A stretch of 64,000 nucleotides of DNA from a bacterium (GTDB lineage Bacteria > Bacteroidota > Ignavibacteria > UBA10030): positions 96,001 to 160,000 of the forward strand of contig JAZDJN010000054.1 in the NCBI GenBank assembly GCA_043803945.1. The letters run 5' to 3'. The translations under genes were made by a program, and so were the position numbers. Under the pieces are notes generated by a model. The model worked only from the letters and a program-made list of their open reading frames with translations. It had not been told where the DNA came from and did no database searches. Below are positions 16,762 to 27,310 of this stretch, in pieces. Within the stretch, counting starts at the first letter, position 1. Every line of letters begins with the position of its first letter.

Positions 16762-18333
16762 ATGAAGAACTATTCATTCGGTTTTATCATCATAAGTATC
16801 CTTGCCGTTGTACTATTCCAAGGATTTCAATGTGGTTCACCGGAATTCACCGGTGCAAAAGTCTATATGCAGCAAAAGAATTTTATTGAAGCAAAACGGT
16901 TACTCGAGATTGAGGTGAAGAAGAACCCTCAGAATACCGAGGCTTGGTACTTTCTCGGTGGTATTTACGCTGAAGAGGGCAACTATGATGGAATGAATGA
17001 AGCATTCAATGAAGTCCTCAAAGCAGGTTCAGTTCATGCGGCAGATATCCGGACTATCCGATATGCAAAATGGGGCCAGCATCTTAATGCGGGTGTGGCA
17101 TTTCTGGAGCGTGCCACGGCTGATTCGGCAGCCTATTTTGAGAAGTCCATCAAAGAGTTTATTAATGCCAGCCGCGCATGGCCGGATACCGGTTTAACCT
17201 ACAAGTACATTGCGTATGGTTATAATAACAAGGGCGATTTTGATAATGCCATTGTCAATTTCCGAAAAGCCTGGGAAATGGGGAAGGACGTAGAATCGAT
17301 TAAAAGGATCGGACGCATTTACGCAACCCGCGGCCAGCAGCACAGGGAGAAATTCGATATTGAAAATGAACCAAAACTGAAATCTATCCGGGATTACGCG
17401 GAAGCGAAGAGATCCACCAGCAAGAGTGAAATTGTAAAATGGCTGGGCAATCCCCGAATCGAAAAGGAAAAACCGGTAAAGGGGAAGAAGCCGCCTACGA
17501 AAGAAGAATGGTTTTTTGATACCTACAAATATAAAATCGTCGTTGATGGAGATAAAATACTCGAGAAGCAGGAGCTCGGTACATTTGCCCCAACGATTGA
17601 TTCAATAGAAATAAAACTTGCCGTAGTGGAATTTGAGAAAGCAGTGTCCGCTCTTGACTTGGCTCTGAAGGCAGATCCTAAAGACAATGAAAGTATAACG
17701 CTTTTAATGTCGTCCTATGTTGGAACAGGGAGAATCAAAGATGCGGTTAAAACATTTGAACTCGCCGTTGCCAATGACCAAAAGAATAAGATGAACCATT
17801 ACCTTCTTGGAGTTCTCTATCGGGAGGATGGACAGATTGAAAAGGCGATTGAACAGTTAAAGGAGATGTTAAAGATTGATGAGAATGATGTTGAGGGATT
17901 GTACGAACTTGGTGCCACCTACTACAACTGGGGATATGACATCTATAAAACCGAACAGGCAAAGGGCGGTGAACTAAGCGGTGTTCATAAGGAAAAATTC
18001 AAGCTGGCATTGCCGTACCTGAAAAAAGTGAGTGAACATGAAAGCCGAAAAAATGATCCGACAATTTTCGAAACCCTCGGCCAAATTTATGCGCAACTGA
18101 GTGAACAGGAAAAGGCAATGAAGATGTTTGAGTACGCTGATTGGCTCAAGAAAAATCCATTGAAAATAGGTCTCTCAGAGGCTGATATTAAGAACCTCTG
18201 GGGAGAGCCAGATCAAAAGAATGAGACGGTTTACGAGAATTTAAAATCTGTTCAGTGGACATATGGGAAGCAAGGGGCACTTCTTTATTTTACCGATGGT
18301 AAATTAAAAAGTTGGACTCGAGTCACAAAGTAA
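16762..18333 (+). CDS. Exported TPR protein, possible lipoprotein, with SmpA/BamE-like motifs
   Basis: Signal peptide ending GFQC; many TPR repeats; SKSEIVKWLGNP and GLSEADIKNLWGEPD...WTY motifs. Confidence 0.75.
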   Translation: MKNYSFGFIIISILAVVLFQGFQCGSPEFTGAKVYMQQKNFIEAKRLLEIEVKKNPQNTEAWYFLGGIYAEEGNYDGMNEAFNEVLKAGSVHAADIRTIRYAKWGQHLNAGVAFLERATADSAAYFEKSIKEFINASRAWPDTGLTYKYIAYGYNNKGDFDNAIVNFRKAWEMGKDVESIKRIGRIYATRGQQHREKFDIENEPKLKSIRDYAEAKRSTSKSEIVKWLGNPRIEKEKPVKGKKPPTKEEWFFDTYKYKIVVDGDKILEKQELGTFAPTIDSIEIKLAVVEFEKAVSALDLALKADPKDNESITLLMSSYVGTGRIKDAVKTFELAVANDQKNKMNHYLLGVLYREDGQIEKAIEQLKEMLKIDENDVEGLYELGATYYNWGYDIYKTEQAKGGELSGVHKEKFKLALPYLKKVSEHESRKNDPTIFETLGQIYAQLSEQEKAMKMFEYADWLKKNPLKIGLSEADIKNLWGEPDQKNETVYENLKSVQWTYGKQGALLYFTDGKLKSWTRVTK

Positions 18334-18366
18334 GTTTATAATTATTATTCCAAGTGCTAGTCGAAT

Positions 18367-18399
18367 AAACGCCCATCAAATAACTATCGATGGGCGTTT
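18367..18399 (+). terminator. Hairpin, probable terminator
   Basis: aaacgcccatc-N11-gatgggcgttt. Confidence 0.5.
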
Positions 18400-18424
18400 G
18401 CATCAGAACAGAGGAGATCAGAAG

Positions 18425-18751
18425 ATGAGTGAACCAGTGCAGCAACAACAGATCAATATTGAGTTGGGAGAAAAAGAGGCGGAAGGAATTTATTCCAATC
18501 TTGCCATCATTACCCATTCTCCTGCAGAGTTTGTCATAGATTTTACACGTGTCTTACCAGGAGTGCCAAAGGCTAAAGTCCATGCCCGCATTGTCATGAC
18601 TCCGCAGCATACAAAGATGTTCCTCAATGCGATAGCTGATAATATCGAGAAGTATGAATCGAAGTTTGGTGAAATAAAGATTCTCGGCGAAGCACCGGGT
18701 GGAGGTATTTTTGGATTCCAGCCTCCGGGGAAAGAGGAAAAATTTCATTAA
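18425..18751 (+). CDS. DUF3467-family protein
   Basis: [22 protein letters not shown]...[11 protein letters not shown]...YESKFGEI. Confidence 0.85.
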   Translation: MSEPVQQQQINIELGEKEAEGIYSNLAIITHSPAEFVIDFTRVLPGVPKAKVHARIVMTPQHTKMFLNAIADNIEKYESKFGEIKILGEAPGGGIFGFQPPGKEEKFH

Positions 18752-20133
18752 AGAATATACCTGCTTAAATCCCGATCACGGACAATCGAACTCAATCTCT
18801 CCTGAACAAGATCCTTTGTTATACAGATTTGGCTCGACTTGATGGAATCGGGAGCATCAAACAGCAACTCCTCGAGTAGTGTTGTAATGATCGTGTGTAA
18901 TCTTCTCGCACCAATATTTTCTACTTGTTCATTCACCTGATACGCAGTCCTGGCAATTTCGCGAACGGCTTCCGGCTCAAACTCCAGACTGATCCCTTCA
19001 GTCTCAAGCAGCGCAGCATATTGCTTCAGCAGGGCATTGTGAGGGAGTGTAAGTATTTTTACAAAATCTTCTTCGGTGAGGCTTTGAAGCTCAACACGAA
19101 TGGGAAATCGCCCTTGCAGCTCAGGTATGAGATCGGAAGGCTTCGCGACATGAAATGCTCCTGAAGCGATGAACAGAATGTGGTCGGTCTTGACCATCCC
19201 ATATTTTGTGGTAACACTTGATCCTTCTACGATGGGAAGGAGGTCGCGCTGAACTCCCTCGCGAGAGACATCGGGCCCTATGGATTGTCCCCGTGAACCT
19301 GTAATTTTGTCAATTTCGTCAATGAAGACGATACCGGAGTTCTCCACACGTGAGAGAGCCTCCTTCACCGCCTTTTCCATATCGATAAGCTTTTGGGCCT
19401 CCTCTTGTGCAAAGATCAGCCGGGCTTCAGCGACAGAAATTTTTCGATGCTTATTCTTTTTAGGTAGGATATTCCCAAACATCTCCTGGATGTTGATTCC
19501 CATATCGTCCAGTGTCATCGGTCCCATTACCTGCATCAACGGAAGCTGCGAGGTAGCAATCTCAACCTCAATAACGCGTCCATCGAGTGATCCTGAACGG
19601 AGCTTTTCTTTGAACCGTTGACGGGTTCGATCTTGCTCTTCCTCTGGTGTCAATCCTTCTCCTGCCGGTTCGGCCGTACGGTTTTTTCGTTGAGAGGGAA
19701 CCAGAATATCAAGAATGCGTTCTTCAGCGAGCACTTCAGCCTTCTGCTGCACCTCTGCTGTTTTTTCAGCTTTCACCATACTGACCGCGATTTCGGTAAG
19801 GTCTCTGATCATCGATTCCACATCACGGCCAACGTATCCTACTTCCGTAAATTTCGAAGCTTCTACTTTTAGAAACGGTGCGTGGGCAAGCCGTGCCAGC
19901 CGGCGAGCGATCTCTGTTTTGCCAACACCGGTCGGTCCGATCAGAATGATGTTGTTCGGCATGATCTCTTCACGAAGCTGCTCGGAGACCTGCAGCCGCC
20001 GCCATCGATTCCGGAGAGCGATTGCCACGGATTTCTTGGCATTGTTCTGGCCTATGATATATTTGTCCAGTTCCGAGACGATCTCGCGGGGAGTTAATTC
20101 ATTGTGCTGAGGTTGTTTGGATTTTGTTGTCAA
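18748..20133 (-). CDS. hslU: ATP-dependent protease ATPase subunit HslU
   Basis: [36 protein letters not shown] and GARRL motifs; probable TTG start at 20133 just after the hslV stop. Confidence 0.96.
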   Translation of the reverse strand: MTTKSKQPQHNELTPREIVSELDKYIIGQNNAKKSVAIALRNRWRRLQVSEQLREEIMPNNIILIGPTGVGKTEIARRLARLAHAPFLKVEASKFTEVGYVGRDVESMIRDLTEIAVSMVKAEKTAEVQQKAEVLAEERILDILVPSQRKNRTAEPAGEGLTPEEEQDRTRQRFKEKLRSGSLDGRVIEVEIATSQLPLMQVMGPMTLDDMGINIQEMFGNILPKKNKHRKISVAEARLIFAQEEAQKLIDMEKAVKEALSRVENSGIVFIDEIDKITGSRGQSIGPDVSREGVQRDLLPIVEGSSVTTKYGMVKTDHILFIASGAFHVAKPSDLIPELQGRFPIRVELQSLTEEDFVKILTLPHNALLKQYAALLETEGISLEFEPEAVREIARTAYQVNEQVENIGARRLHTIITTLLEELLFDAPDSIKSSQICITKDLVQERLSSIVRDRDLSRYIL

Positions 20134-20137
20134 GGAT

Positions 20138-20693
20138 TCACAGTTCTTCAATGGTGATTGACGTGTTTGTATAGATACAGATTTTTGCTGCAGTTTCCAA
20201 TCCTTCCTGTACAATCTCGCGGGCATCCAATGGGGTATGCTTGACCAACATGCGTGCAGCCGCCAGAGCGTAGCTTCCTCCTGAACCTACCGCGACGATA
20301 CCATCGTCAGGTTCAATGACGTCGCCGGTCCCCCGAGATGATCAATGCATGGTCTTTGTCAAGGACGGCCAGGAGAGCTTCAAGCTGGCGAAGATACTTG
20401 TCGGTGCGCCAGAGCTTGGCCAGTTCTACAGCCGCTCGAACAATCTGTCCCTGATGTTGTTCTAATTTCTCTTCAAACCTGTCGAGCAAACTGAACGCAT
20501 CCGCAGTTGCTCCTGCAAAGCCGACGAGTACGGAGTTATTATAAATTTTCCGAATCTTGTTGGCTTTCTGCTTCATGATAGTGTTGCCCAATGTTACCTG
20601 ACCATCGCCGCCGAGGGCTACGTTACCGTTATGCCGAACACCGAGAATGGTTGTTGCATGGATGGTGTGTGTTAAACAGGGTTCGTTGTTCAT
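20138..20693 (-). pseudogene. hslV: HslV peptidase with a one-base frameshift (possibly a sequencing error)
   Basis: HATTILGV...GDGQVT...WRTDKYLR; an extra G in the G5 run (C5 at 20330-20334); removing one G restores [23 protein letters not shown]...[14 protein letters not shown]. Confidence 0.9.
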
Positions 20694-20694
20694 A

Positions 20695-22146
20695 TCAAAT
20701 TTTTTTCCTCATTCGGGCGATTGGAATTCCAAGTTGTTCGCGGTATTTTGCTGCCGTCCGGCGAGCGATTTTAACACCCTCGGTACCGATCATGGCAGCA
20801 ATTTTATCGTCGTTCAATGGTTTTTTAGGATCCTCTGTCGAGATAATTTCTTTAATTCGCTGTTTAATGGTGAAGTTGGATACATCCTCGCCGGAATCGG
20901 ATTCGAGCCCCGAGCTGAAGAAATATTTTAGCGAGTGGACACCGAATTCAGTCTGAACATATTTACTATTCACCACCCGGCTGATGGTGGAAATGTCGAC
21001 TCCAACGGTCTCCGCAATATCTTTATAAATCATCGGCTTCAAAGTTTCACCCTCTTCGAACCAAAGCCGCTGCCGCTGAACAATTGAGCGCATAACTTTG
21101 AGCAATGTTTCTCTCCGCTGATGGATGGAGGCGATGAACCATTTGGCCGATTCGAATTTTTGTTTTACAAATTCTTTCGCCTCTTTTGAAGTTTTCTTGC
21201 TCTTCGGGGCTACTAAATCGCGGTACGCTTTATTAATCCGCAACGTCGGCATGAAGCGATCGTTGAGGGTAATGATGAATGAGCCCTCATCATTTTCTAC
21301 AAGGAAATCCGGAGTGACATAATTCTCCTGAGCGGAGAATTCGCCTTCACCCGGTTTTGGATTGAGGTGTTGAATGATTTCGATGACTTTCTTCAGGGTT
21401 TCGCGACCAATCCGCAGATTATGTGCAAGAGCGTCATAGCGCTTCAGTTTCAAATCATGGAAGTACACTCCCAGAATTTTCAATGACAATTCCTTGATGG
21501 AAGCCTCGAGGGTCATCGATTTGATTTGTGCGATGAGACACTCCTGGAGCGAGCGGGCGGCAATACCTGAGGGTTCGAGTAACTGAATTTTATGAAGGAC
21601 ATGTTCGGCCTTTTCTTCCTGAATCTCAAGACCAAAGCTGAGGTTAAGGTCCTGGACAATCAAACCCAAGTCGCGACGAAGATAGCCATCCTCATCGACA
21701 TTTCCGAGAATTTCCTCTGCGAGGAGAATATCAACGTCGTCGATATTCTGCAGCCGAAATTGTGCGAGCAGACGTTCCGAGAGCGGTGTCGATGATTGCA
21801 ATGGGCGTTCGTACTCTTCATCCTCGTTCTGATTGAGATACGATTCGGGACTCTTATATCCTGCAAGGTCATCGTTCAGATAGTCTTCAATAGTGTACGG
21901 CTCTTCCTTCTCTGCCTTTTCTGCGGCGGCCCGTTCATCTTCTGCGGTCTGAGATTCCTTCTCTGGTTCCTCCTGGTCCAAGGTCAATTCCATTTCTTCG
22001 GCGACTTCGAGTAACGGATTTATTTCGAGTTCGGTTTTAATCCGTTGCTCAAGGGAGAGATTCGGCAACTGGAGTAATTTAAGATATTGGACCTGCTGCG
22101 GTGTGAGCCTAAGGCCCAATTTCATTTGTTGCGATAGGTTAATCAT
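20695..22146 (-). CDS. rpoN: RNA polymerase sigma-54 factor
   Basis: Region [34 protein letters not shown], RpoN box [10 protein letters not shown]. Confidence 0.97.
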   Translation of the reverse strand: MINLSQQMKLGLRLTPQQVQYLKLLQLPNLSLEQRIKTELEINPLLEVAEEMELTLDQEEPEKESQTAEDERAAAEKAEKEEPYTIEDYLNDDLAGYKSPESYLNQNEDEEYERPLQSSTPLSERLLAQFRLQNIDDVDILLAEEILGNVDEDGYLRRDLGLIVQDLNLSFGLEIQEEKAEHVLHKIQLLEPSGIAARSLQECLIAQIKSMTLEASIKELSLKILGVYFHDLKLKRYDALAHNLRIGRETLKKVIEIIQHLNPKPGEGEFSAQENYVTPDFLVENDEGSFIITLNDRFMPTLRINKAYRDLVAPKSKKTSKEAKEFVKQKFESAKWFIASIHQRRETLLKVMRSIVQRQRLWFEEGETLKPMIYKDIAETVGVDISTISRVVNSKYVQTEFGVHSLKYFFSSGLESDSGEDVSNFTIKQRIKEIISTEDPKKPLNDDKIAAMIGTEGVKIARRTAAKYREQLGIPIARMRKKI

Positions 22147-22157
22147 AGACGGCAGCG

Positions 22158-22760
22158 CTATTCACGATCTGTCTGTGTTAGTGATTTTTCTGTTTCACAA
22201 AATTTGAGGATTTGATTGTAGCGTTCTTCTCCGAATGCCCTGATCAGCGATAGTTTCAGAAACTGGATGAGTTCTATCTGCCCCTCATGACCCCGCTTGA
22301 GTGCAGGCTCACATTCTGCAATTGCCTCATACCGAAGGTGTTGCTCATAGCCGCCATCAATCCGAATGGGGAAGAGGTGGCACGAAAGCGGTTTGATCCA
22401 ATCTGATTCCTTCTTCAGATAAGCTTTTTCGAATGAGCATTTCGCAATCCCATCTTCATAGTAGACAAAGACACAGGCCGTATTTCGAAAGACCTGGGTT
22501 GTAAAATCGCCCGGAACACCTTGAAAGATCCCATGACTCTGAATATAGTCGCGATGGTCAGGGGCAATATATCGTTGTGCGATCGGGGCATATCGTTGAA
22601 TGAGGGGGATCTCTTTCTCTGACAGCGGCGCACCCCTCGGCCCTGGCATTGTGCAGCATCCCCCTTTGCACACCTTTAGATCACAGGCAAATTTGATAAA
22701 AGGAATATCCCCGCCGATGTGAGATTCAAAATCGTTCACGAGCAACAATTCCCGTACCAA
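22158..22760 (-). CDS. DUF3109-family Cys-rich protein
   Basis: FACDLKVCKGGCC...GAPL...CVF...KPLSCHLFPIR...CEPA; start codon uncertain. Confidence 0.8.
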   Translation of the reverse strand: MVRELLLVNDFESHIGGDIPFIKFACDLKVCKGGCCTMPGPRGAPLSEKEIPLIQRYAPIAQRYIAPDHRDYIQSHGIFQGVPGDFTTQVFRNTACVFVYYEDGIAKCSFEKAYLKKESDWIKPLSCHLFPIRIDGGYEQHLRYEAIAECEPALKRGHEGQIELIQFLKLSLIRAFGEERYNQILKFCETEKSLTQTDRE

Positions 22761-22885
22761 AACACTATAAGTTCAGAGAATTCAATAGTAGTATAGTTAA
22801 AAATCTCCAAAAAACAATAGGTTTCAAGTGGCACATATCCTTTGTGGCTTGGATGTTGACGCGTTTTTTTCACAAGTTGCTGCCA

Positions 22886-22912
22886 CAACCATTTTCCTGA
22901 TAGAAGGTCTAA
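22886..22912 (+). promoter_or_regulatory. Putative ECF-sigma promoter of ECF operon 1
   Basis: CAACC-N16-GTCTAA; the same motif occurs upstream of ECF operon 2. Confidence 0.55.
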
Positions 22913-22952
22913 TGATATGTTGACAAGAGAACATGAACACGGGAGTGAGAGT

Positions 22953-23567
22953 ATGCAGGACATCGCTCTGATTCAAAAGGCGAAGGCTGGAGACCTCATT
23001 GCGTTTGAGCAATTGATCTATCGCTATGACAAGCAGGTACTCTCCCTGACCGCCCGTTATGTTCAGAGCGCAGAGGATGCTAAGGATATTTATCAGGAGG
23101 TTTTTCTGAGGGTCTTTCGCTCACTGCCAAAATTTCAATTCCGGAGTGAATTCTCAACGTGGCTCTTTCGCATAACAACCAATGTTTGTCTGACCCATCG
23201 TTCGCGAAAGAAACGGCATCCCCACACGTCGCTGAGTGACGAGTCCGATGAAGAGCATGGTGCTCTCAGTCTCAATACTCTTAGGAGCGATGAGCACACC
23301 GATGAGTCGCTGGAGAGGACAGAAATCTCCTTGCGAGTGAGAGAAGCGGTTGATCGATTATCAGCGAAACAGCGACTGGTCTTTATGATGAAGTACTTCG
23401 AAGGATATAAAATTCGTGAAATAGCGGTAATGATGAACTGTCAGGAAGGTACAGTTAAGAAGTACTTGTTTACGGCAATTCGAAAATTACGAAATGAGCT
23501 TCATGATCTCTATGAGCACAAGAGCGGTTCCGAATTGAAGGAAGTGAAGATGGAAGGATTGGTATAA
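22953..23567 (+). CDS. ECF RNA polymerase sigma factor 1
   Basis: DAKDIYQEVFL, FSTWLFRITTN, EIAVMMNCQEGTVK; alternative ATG at 22917. Confidence 0.92.
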   Translation: MQDIALIQKAKAGDLIAFEQLIYRYDKQVLSLTARYVQSAEDAKDIYQEVFLRVFRSLPKFQFRSEFSTWLFRITTNVCLTHRSRKKRHPHTSLSDESDEEHGALSLNTLRSDEHTDESLERTEISLRVREAVDRLSAKQRLVFMMKYFEGYKIREIAVMMNCQEGTVKKYLFTAIRKLRNELHDLYEHKSGSELKEVKMEGLV

Positions 23568-24532
23568 TGAAACATGATGACTACAAAAACCTTCTTTATC
23601 TGCATTGCTGGGATGAGGCAGATGATGATCAAAAAGGCATTCTGAAAAAGCATCTCCTCACCTGCAAGGAATGCCGCATTGAGTTGTCTGAAATCGATGG
23701 GATGAAGCATATCCTGCAGGATCAAAGCTCGATCGAAGTGACCGATGATATGCTCGCAGAGGCACGCCGTGAGCTTCGCGTTGCACTTCGACTGGAGAAG
23801 AATAAACGTCGATCATTCCAGGAACTACTGGAATACCTCTCCATATTTTTCGAGCGCCCGATTCCCATTGCCATCGGCGGAGTAAGCTTGGTGCTGACCG
23901 GCCTGCTCGTTGGGTACTTTGCATTTCAACCTTCTGAACCAGGAAGTGATTTCCGATTGACAGGAATAACACAAGCGAATACTCCTGAGAGTGAGGAGCC
24001 GCAAATCACAAATTTCCGCCTCACAACTCAGGATCAGTTCTCCGGCCAGGTTGAAATAGAGTTTGATCTTATAACACCCGTCAAAATGCGCGGCACAGCG
24101 GATGATCCCGCAATTCAGAAAGTGCTGGCTCAGACACTTCTTGATGAACAAAATCCGGGCGCTCGGTTACGCACAGTCACAGCATTAGCCTCTCAGATGG
24201 AAAAAACCAAGCGGCTCGATACAGAGACAAAGTCAGCTTTGATTTTCAGCCTGAAGGCCGATCCCAATGATGGGGTTCGTAAGGAAGCGCTGCGAACACT
24301 GCTGCAATTTCCGATGGACAAAGAGATTAAACAGGCACTTACCTATGTTTTGCAGAAAGATATCAATCCCGCTATGCGCATTGAGGCTATTAACAGTCTC
24401 GGGAAGTTGATGACGGAGTCGAATTCACAGGATACCGATATCCTGAATGTCTTAAAAGAAAAAATGGAACGTGATAATAATAATTACATTCGCATTCGTG
24501 CGAGCAACCTCTTAAAGGAGATACAACAATGA
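23567..24532 (+). CDS. Zinc-finger (ZAS) anti-sigma factor with a TM helix and C-terminal HEAT repeats
   Basis: HLLTCKEC (HxxxCxxC), one TM helix, DPNDGVRKEALRTL / DINPAMRIEAINSL repeats. Confidence 0.85.
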   Translation: MKHDDYKNLLYLHCWDEADDDQKGILKKHLLTCKECRIELSEIDGMKHILQDQSSIEVTDDMLAEARRELRVALRLEKNKRRSFQELLEYLSIFFERPIPIAIGGVSLVLTGLLVGYFAFQPSEPGSDFRLTGITQANTPESEEPQITNFRLTTQDQFSGQVEIEFDLITPVKMRGTADDPAIQKVLAQTLLDEQNPGARLRTVTALASQMEKTKRLDTETKSALIFSLKADPNDGVRKEALRTLLQFPMDKEIKQALTYVLQKDINPAMRIEAINSLGKLMTESNSQDTDILNVLKEKMERDNNNYIRIRASNLLKEIQQ

Positions 24533-25734
24533 AACGGTACCTATTGGTTACATTCGTGATCCTTGGCTTGATGGCCGCGTCTCTCTCTGCAGCAACGCGT
24601 GATGGAGAGAGTGAACGATCAAAATCTTTCGCCGTCACCAAAGGCGGAAAGCTCATTGTAAAAGTCTATGGTGGTGAGTTGAAAATTACGAGCTGGGAAA
24701 AGAATGAAGTGTTCGCAAAGGTGACCAAGCTCGATGAGAAGGATAGCGAACAGCTTGTTATGGAACAGGATGGCAATACGGTACGAATCGAATTGAAGAA
24801 TAAATCTTCACGTTCGAGGCGGCAATCACCGGAATTTGCAATCAGTATTCCGTCTCAATTCGATGCCCAGTTGTCTACGGGTGGCGGCGGCATTAGTGTG
24901 CAAGGGAAAATTAAAGGTTCGGTAACCGGCACCACAGGTGGAGGAAGTATCACCCTAGAAGATGCCGTGGAAGGAGAATTGAATCTTACGACTGGGGGTG
25001 GTGAGATTAGGGCAAAAAATGTTGCTGGCAATACAACACTGACAACCGGAGGCGGAGAAATTTCTATCGGAAGTATTGAGGGGAAGGTTACAGTAACAAC
25101 TGGCGGCGGCTCGGTAACCCTCGATAAGGTATTGGGTGAATTGACAGTAACAACCGGTGGCGGAAATATCGTCGTTGAGAGTGTTACAAAATCCCTGAAA
25201 GCGACCACCGGTGGCGGCGAGATTTACATTAAGAATGCCGGGGGAGACATCAAAGCCTCATCGGGTGGCGGCGAAATGAAAATCGGCAAAGTCACAGGAA
25301 ATGCAACGATGAGCACTGGGGGTGGGGCTATAAGCCTGGATGGTGCCACCGGTAAGGTTTCCTTAACAACGGGTGGGGGCGAATTGGATATCCGCAATGT
25401 AACCGGTTCAGTCAAAGCGACCACCGGTGGAGGCGATATCGTAGCAGAATTGAGGCCCACGGGGCAGGGGGGTAGTAAACTAACCTCTGGTGGCGGAGAT
25501 ATTACACTCTATGTTCCGGAAGACGCCAGGGTTACGATCATTGCCGTCATTAAGGTTGAGGACAAGGATGATTTCAAAAAGTATAAAATAATGTCAGAAT
25601 TTAAGCATGATAAGTATGAATCTAACGATCGCGATGAGGAAATACGGGCTGTTTATACGCTGAATGGCGGGGGAGAAGAAATTACACTTACCACTTCAGA
25701 ATCCGACATCACGATAAAAAAGCTTAAGAAATAG
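24529..25734 (+). CDS. Exported DUF4097-like beta-solenoid protein
   Basis: Signal peptide; about 12 (T/S)GGGxI repeats with ~19-aa period. Confidence 0.8.
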   Translation: MKRYLLVTFVILGLMAASLSAATRDGESERSKSFAVTKGGKLIVKVYGGELKITSWEKNEVFAKVTKLDEKDSEQLVMEQDGNTVRIELKNKSSRSRRQSPEFAISIPSQFDAQLSTGGGGISVQGKIKGSVTGTTGGGSITLEDAVEGELNLTTGGGEIRAKNVAGNTTLTTGGGEISIGSIEGKVTVTTGGGSVTLDKVLGELTVTTGGGNIVVESVTKSLKATTGGGEIYIKNAGGDIKASSGGGEMKIGKVTGNATMSTGGGAISLDGATGKVSLTTGGGELDIRNVTGSVKATTGGGDIVAELRPTGQGGSKLTSGGGDITLYVPEDARVTIIAVIKVEDKDDFKKYKIMSEFKHDKYESNDRDEEIRAVYTLNGGGEEITLTTSESDITIKKLKK

Positions 25735-25755
25735 CTCATATTAAAGTTTGCTCAC

Positions 25756-25789
25756 AAGCCCCTTGACCTAGATTGGTGAGGGGCTTTTT
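25756..25789 (+). terminator. Intrinsic terminator
   Basis: aagcccct...aggggcttttt. Confidence 0.7.
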
Positions 25790-25886
25790 CTATATCCTCC
25801 CAAGAAACCTATCTTTGGAAAACCAACCCAGGTTTATTGAATTTCCTCCGTTATGTTCATAACCTTAGAATAATTCCTTGCCTTGT

Positions 25887-25914
25887 CAACCGATGGTCTG
25901 ACGATGGCGTCTAA
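25887..25914 (+). promoter_or_regulatory. Putative ECF-sigma promoter of ECF operon 2
   Basis: CAACC-N17-GTCTAA. Confidence 0.55.
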
Positions 25915-25945
25915 ACAATGTAAGCTCAAGCAGAAGGAACTCTTG

Positions 25946-26497
25946 ATGGCTGAATCCCTGGAGCGCCAACTTGTCTGCCAGGTTAAAGAGGGAAGTCAGG
26001 AAGCATTTCGTGAACTTGTTCAAATGAAGATGAAGCAAGCATACGATTTGGCGTACAGCTTTGTGAACGATCATGACGATGCGGAAGATATCACACAGGA
26101 ATCATTTGTCAAAGCATATCAATCCATGGCGAATTTTCGCGAGGACGCTGAATTCGGAACCTGGCTCTATCGGATTGTTACAAATACCGCTCTCGATCGA
26201 TTGAAACAGAAAAAACGCAAGAAGAATCGAACTCTTTCACTGGACGATTCGGAGGTGAAGACGATGGCAATATCACATGTCAACCAGGATGAGATGGACC
26301 TCAGTATTCATATTGAACGGGCACTCCATGAACTTCCCACACTACAGCGTGCTGTGGTGATTCTGCGCCACTATGATGGCCTTTCAACACGGGATGTGAG
26401 CAAAATTCTTCAATGCTCGGAAGGGACTGTGAAAACCCATCTTCATCGTGGTTTGAAGAAGATGAGAAGCACTTTGAATTTTCTGGTGGAGGCTTAG
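25946..26497 (+). CDS. ECF RNA polymerase sigma factor 2
   Basis: DAEDITQESFV, FGTWLYRIVTN, CSEGTVKTHLHRG; RBS aagga precedes ATG 25946. Confidence 0.92.
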   Translation: MAESLERQLVCQVKEGSQEAFRELVQMKMKQAYDLAYSFVNDHDDAEDITQESFVKAYQSMANFREDAEFGTWLYRIVTNTALDRLKQKKRKKNRTLSLDDSEVKTMAISHVNQDEMDLSIHIERALHELPTLQRAVVILRHYDGLSTRDVSKILQCSEGTVKTHLHRGLKKMRSTLNFLVEA

Positions 26498-26499
26498 CA

Positions 26500-27297
26500 A
26501 TGAGACATCGAACGGTACAAAATTTACTCTACGACTATCTTAACGACGAATTATCTGCACCCGAAGCAGCTCAGGTTCGCGATCATTTAGCACGATGCAA
26601 TAAATGCTTTGGTGAACAACAAATCATCAAGGAAAGCATACGCCTGTTGCAGCCGAAGCAGGTGAAGCCGAGTGAGAGTTTGTCTGAAACATACTGGCAC
26701 AACTTTGCTGTCGAAATTCTGCATCAGGTTCAGTCTGGCGCAAAAAAAGAGAACGCGCTAAAGTTATGGTGGGAATCGAACCGATACTGGTTTCTCTCTC
26801 GCAAATCATATTCGCTTTCAATCGCCGGTGGACTTGCGTTGGTAATCCTGGCAGTGTTTCTCTGGCCGCTCACCCGATCTGTTGATCCCGAAGTTGGAAA
26901 TTCAATCAGACTAGTGTCAGAATCTCCAGATGAGCAGGTGAATCAGGAATTATCGGACTACTTCCATAAATCGAAAATACTCCTGGTAGGCATCTCGAAC
27001 ATCCGATCGGAGGATGTAGGGAACATTGATCTTTCCGTTGAACGCGATGCTGCAAGAAACCTGGTGAGGCAGGCTCGTACCTTCGATCATAAAGAGGTCG
27101 ATGCCCGCTCTCGAATGCTCATTAAGGCTATGGAGAAGATCCTCATTGAATTGGCAAATATGGAAGAGCGGGACGGGCTTTCTGACGTCGAGCTCATTCG
27201 TACAGGAATTCGGGAAGAGAACATGCTCTTCAAGATCAGAATGGCAGAAACAGCGGCCGGCGCACGGCAAGAGAATTCAGATAAGAATAATAATTAA
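26500..27297 (+). CDS. Zinc-finger (ZAS) anti-sigma factor with a TM helix
   Basis: LLYDYLNDEL...HLARCNKC; one TM helix; helical C-terminal domain. Confidence 0.85.
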   Translation: MRHRTVQNLLYDYLNDELSAPEAAQVRDHLARCNKCFGEQQIIKESIRLLQPKQVKPSESLSETYWHNFAVEILHQVQSGAKKENALKLWWESNRYWFLSRKSYSLSIAGGLALVILAVFLWPLTRSVDPEVGNSIRLVSESPDEQVNQELSDYFHKSKILLVGISNIRSEDVGNIDLSVERDAARNLVRQARTFDHKEVDARSRMLIKAMEKILIELANMEERDGLSDVELIRTGIREENMLFKIRMAETAAGARQENSDKNNN

Positions 27298-27310
27298 TTG
27301 GAGAAACGTC

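Noticed and set aside
20134-20226. N-terminal extension of HslU in the ORF track
   Set aside because: This is the 3' end of hslV read in another frame; HslU probably starts at TTG 20133
22829-22845. Sigma-54 promoter at TGGCAC near rpoN
   Set aside because: There is no GC at the -12 position with correct spacing
27101-27310. N-terminal extension of the HEAT-repeat protein
   Set aside because: It overlaps the anti-sigma gene; the signal peptide and RBS fit ATG 27311
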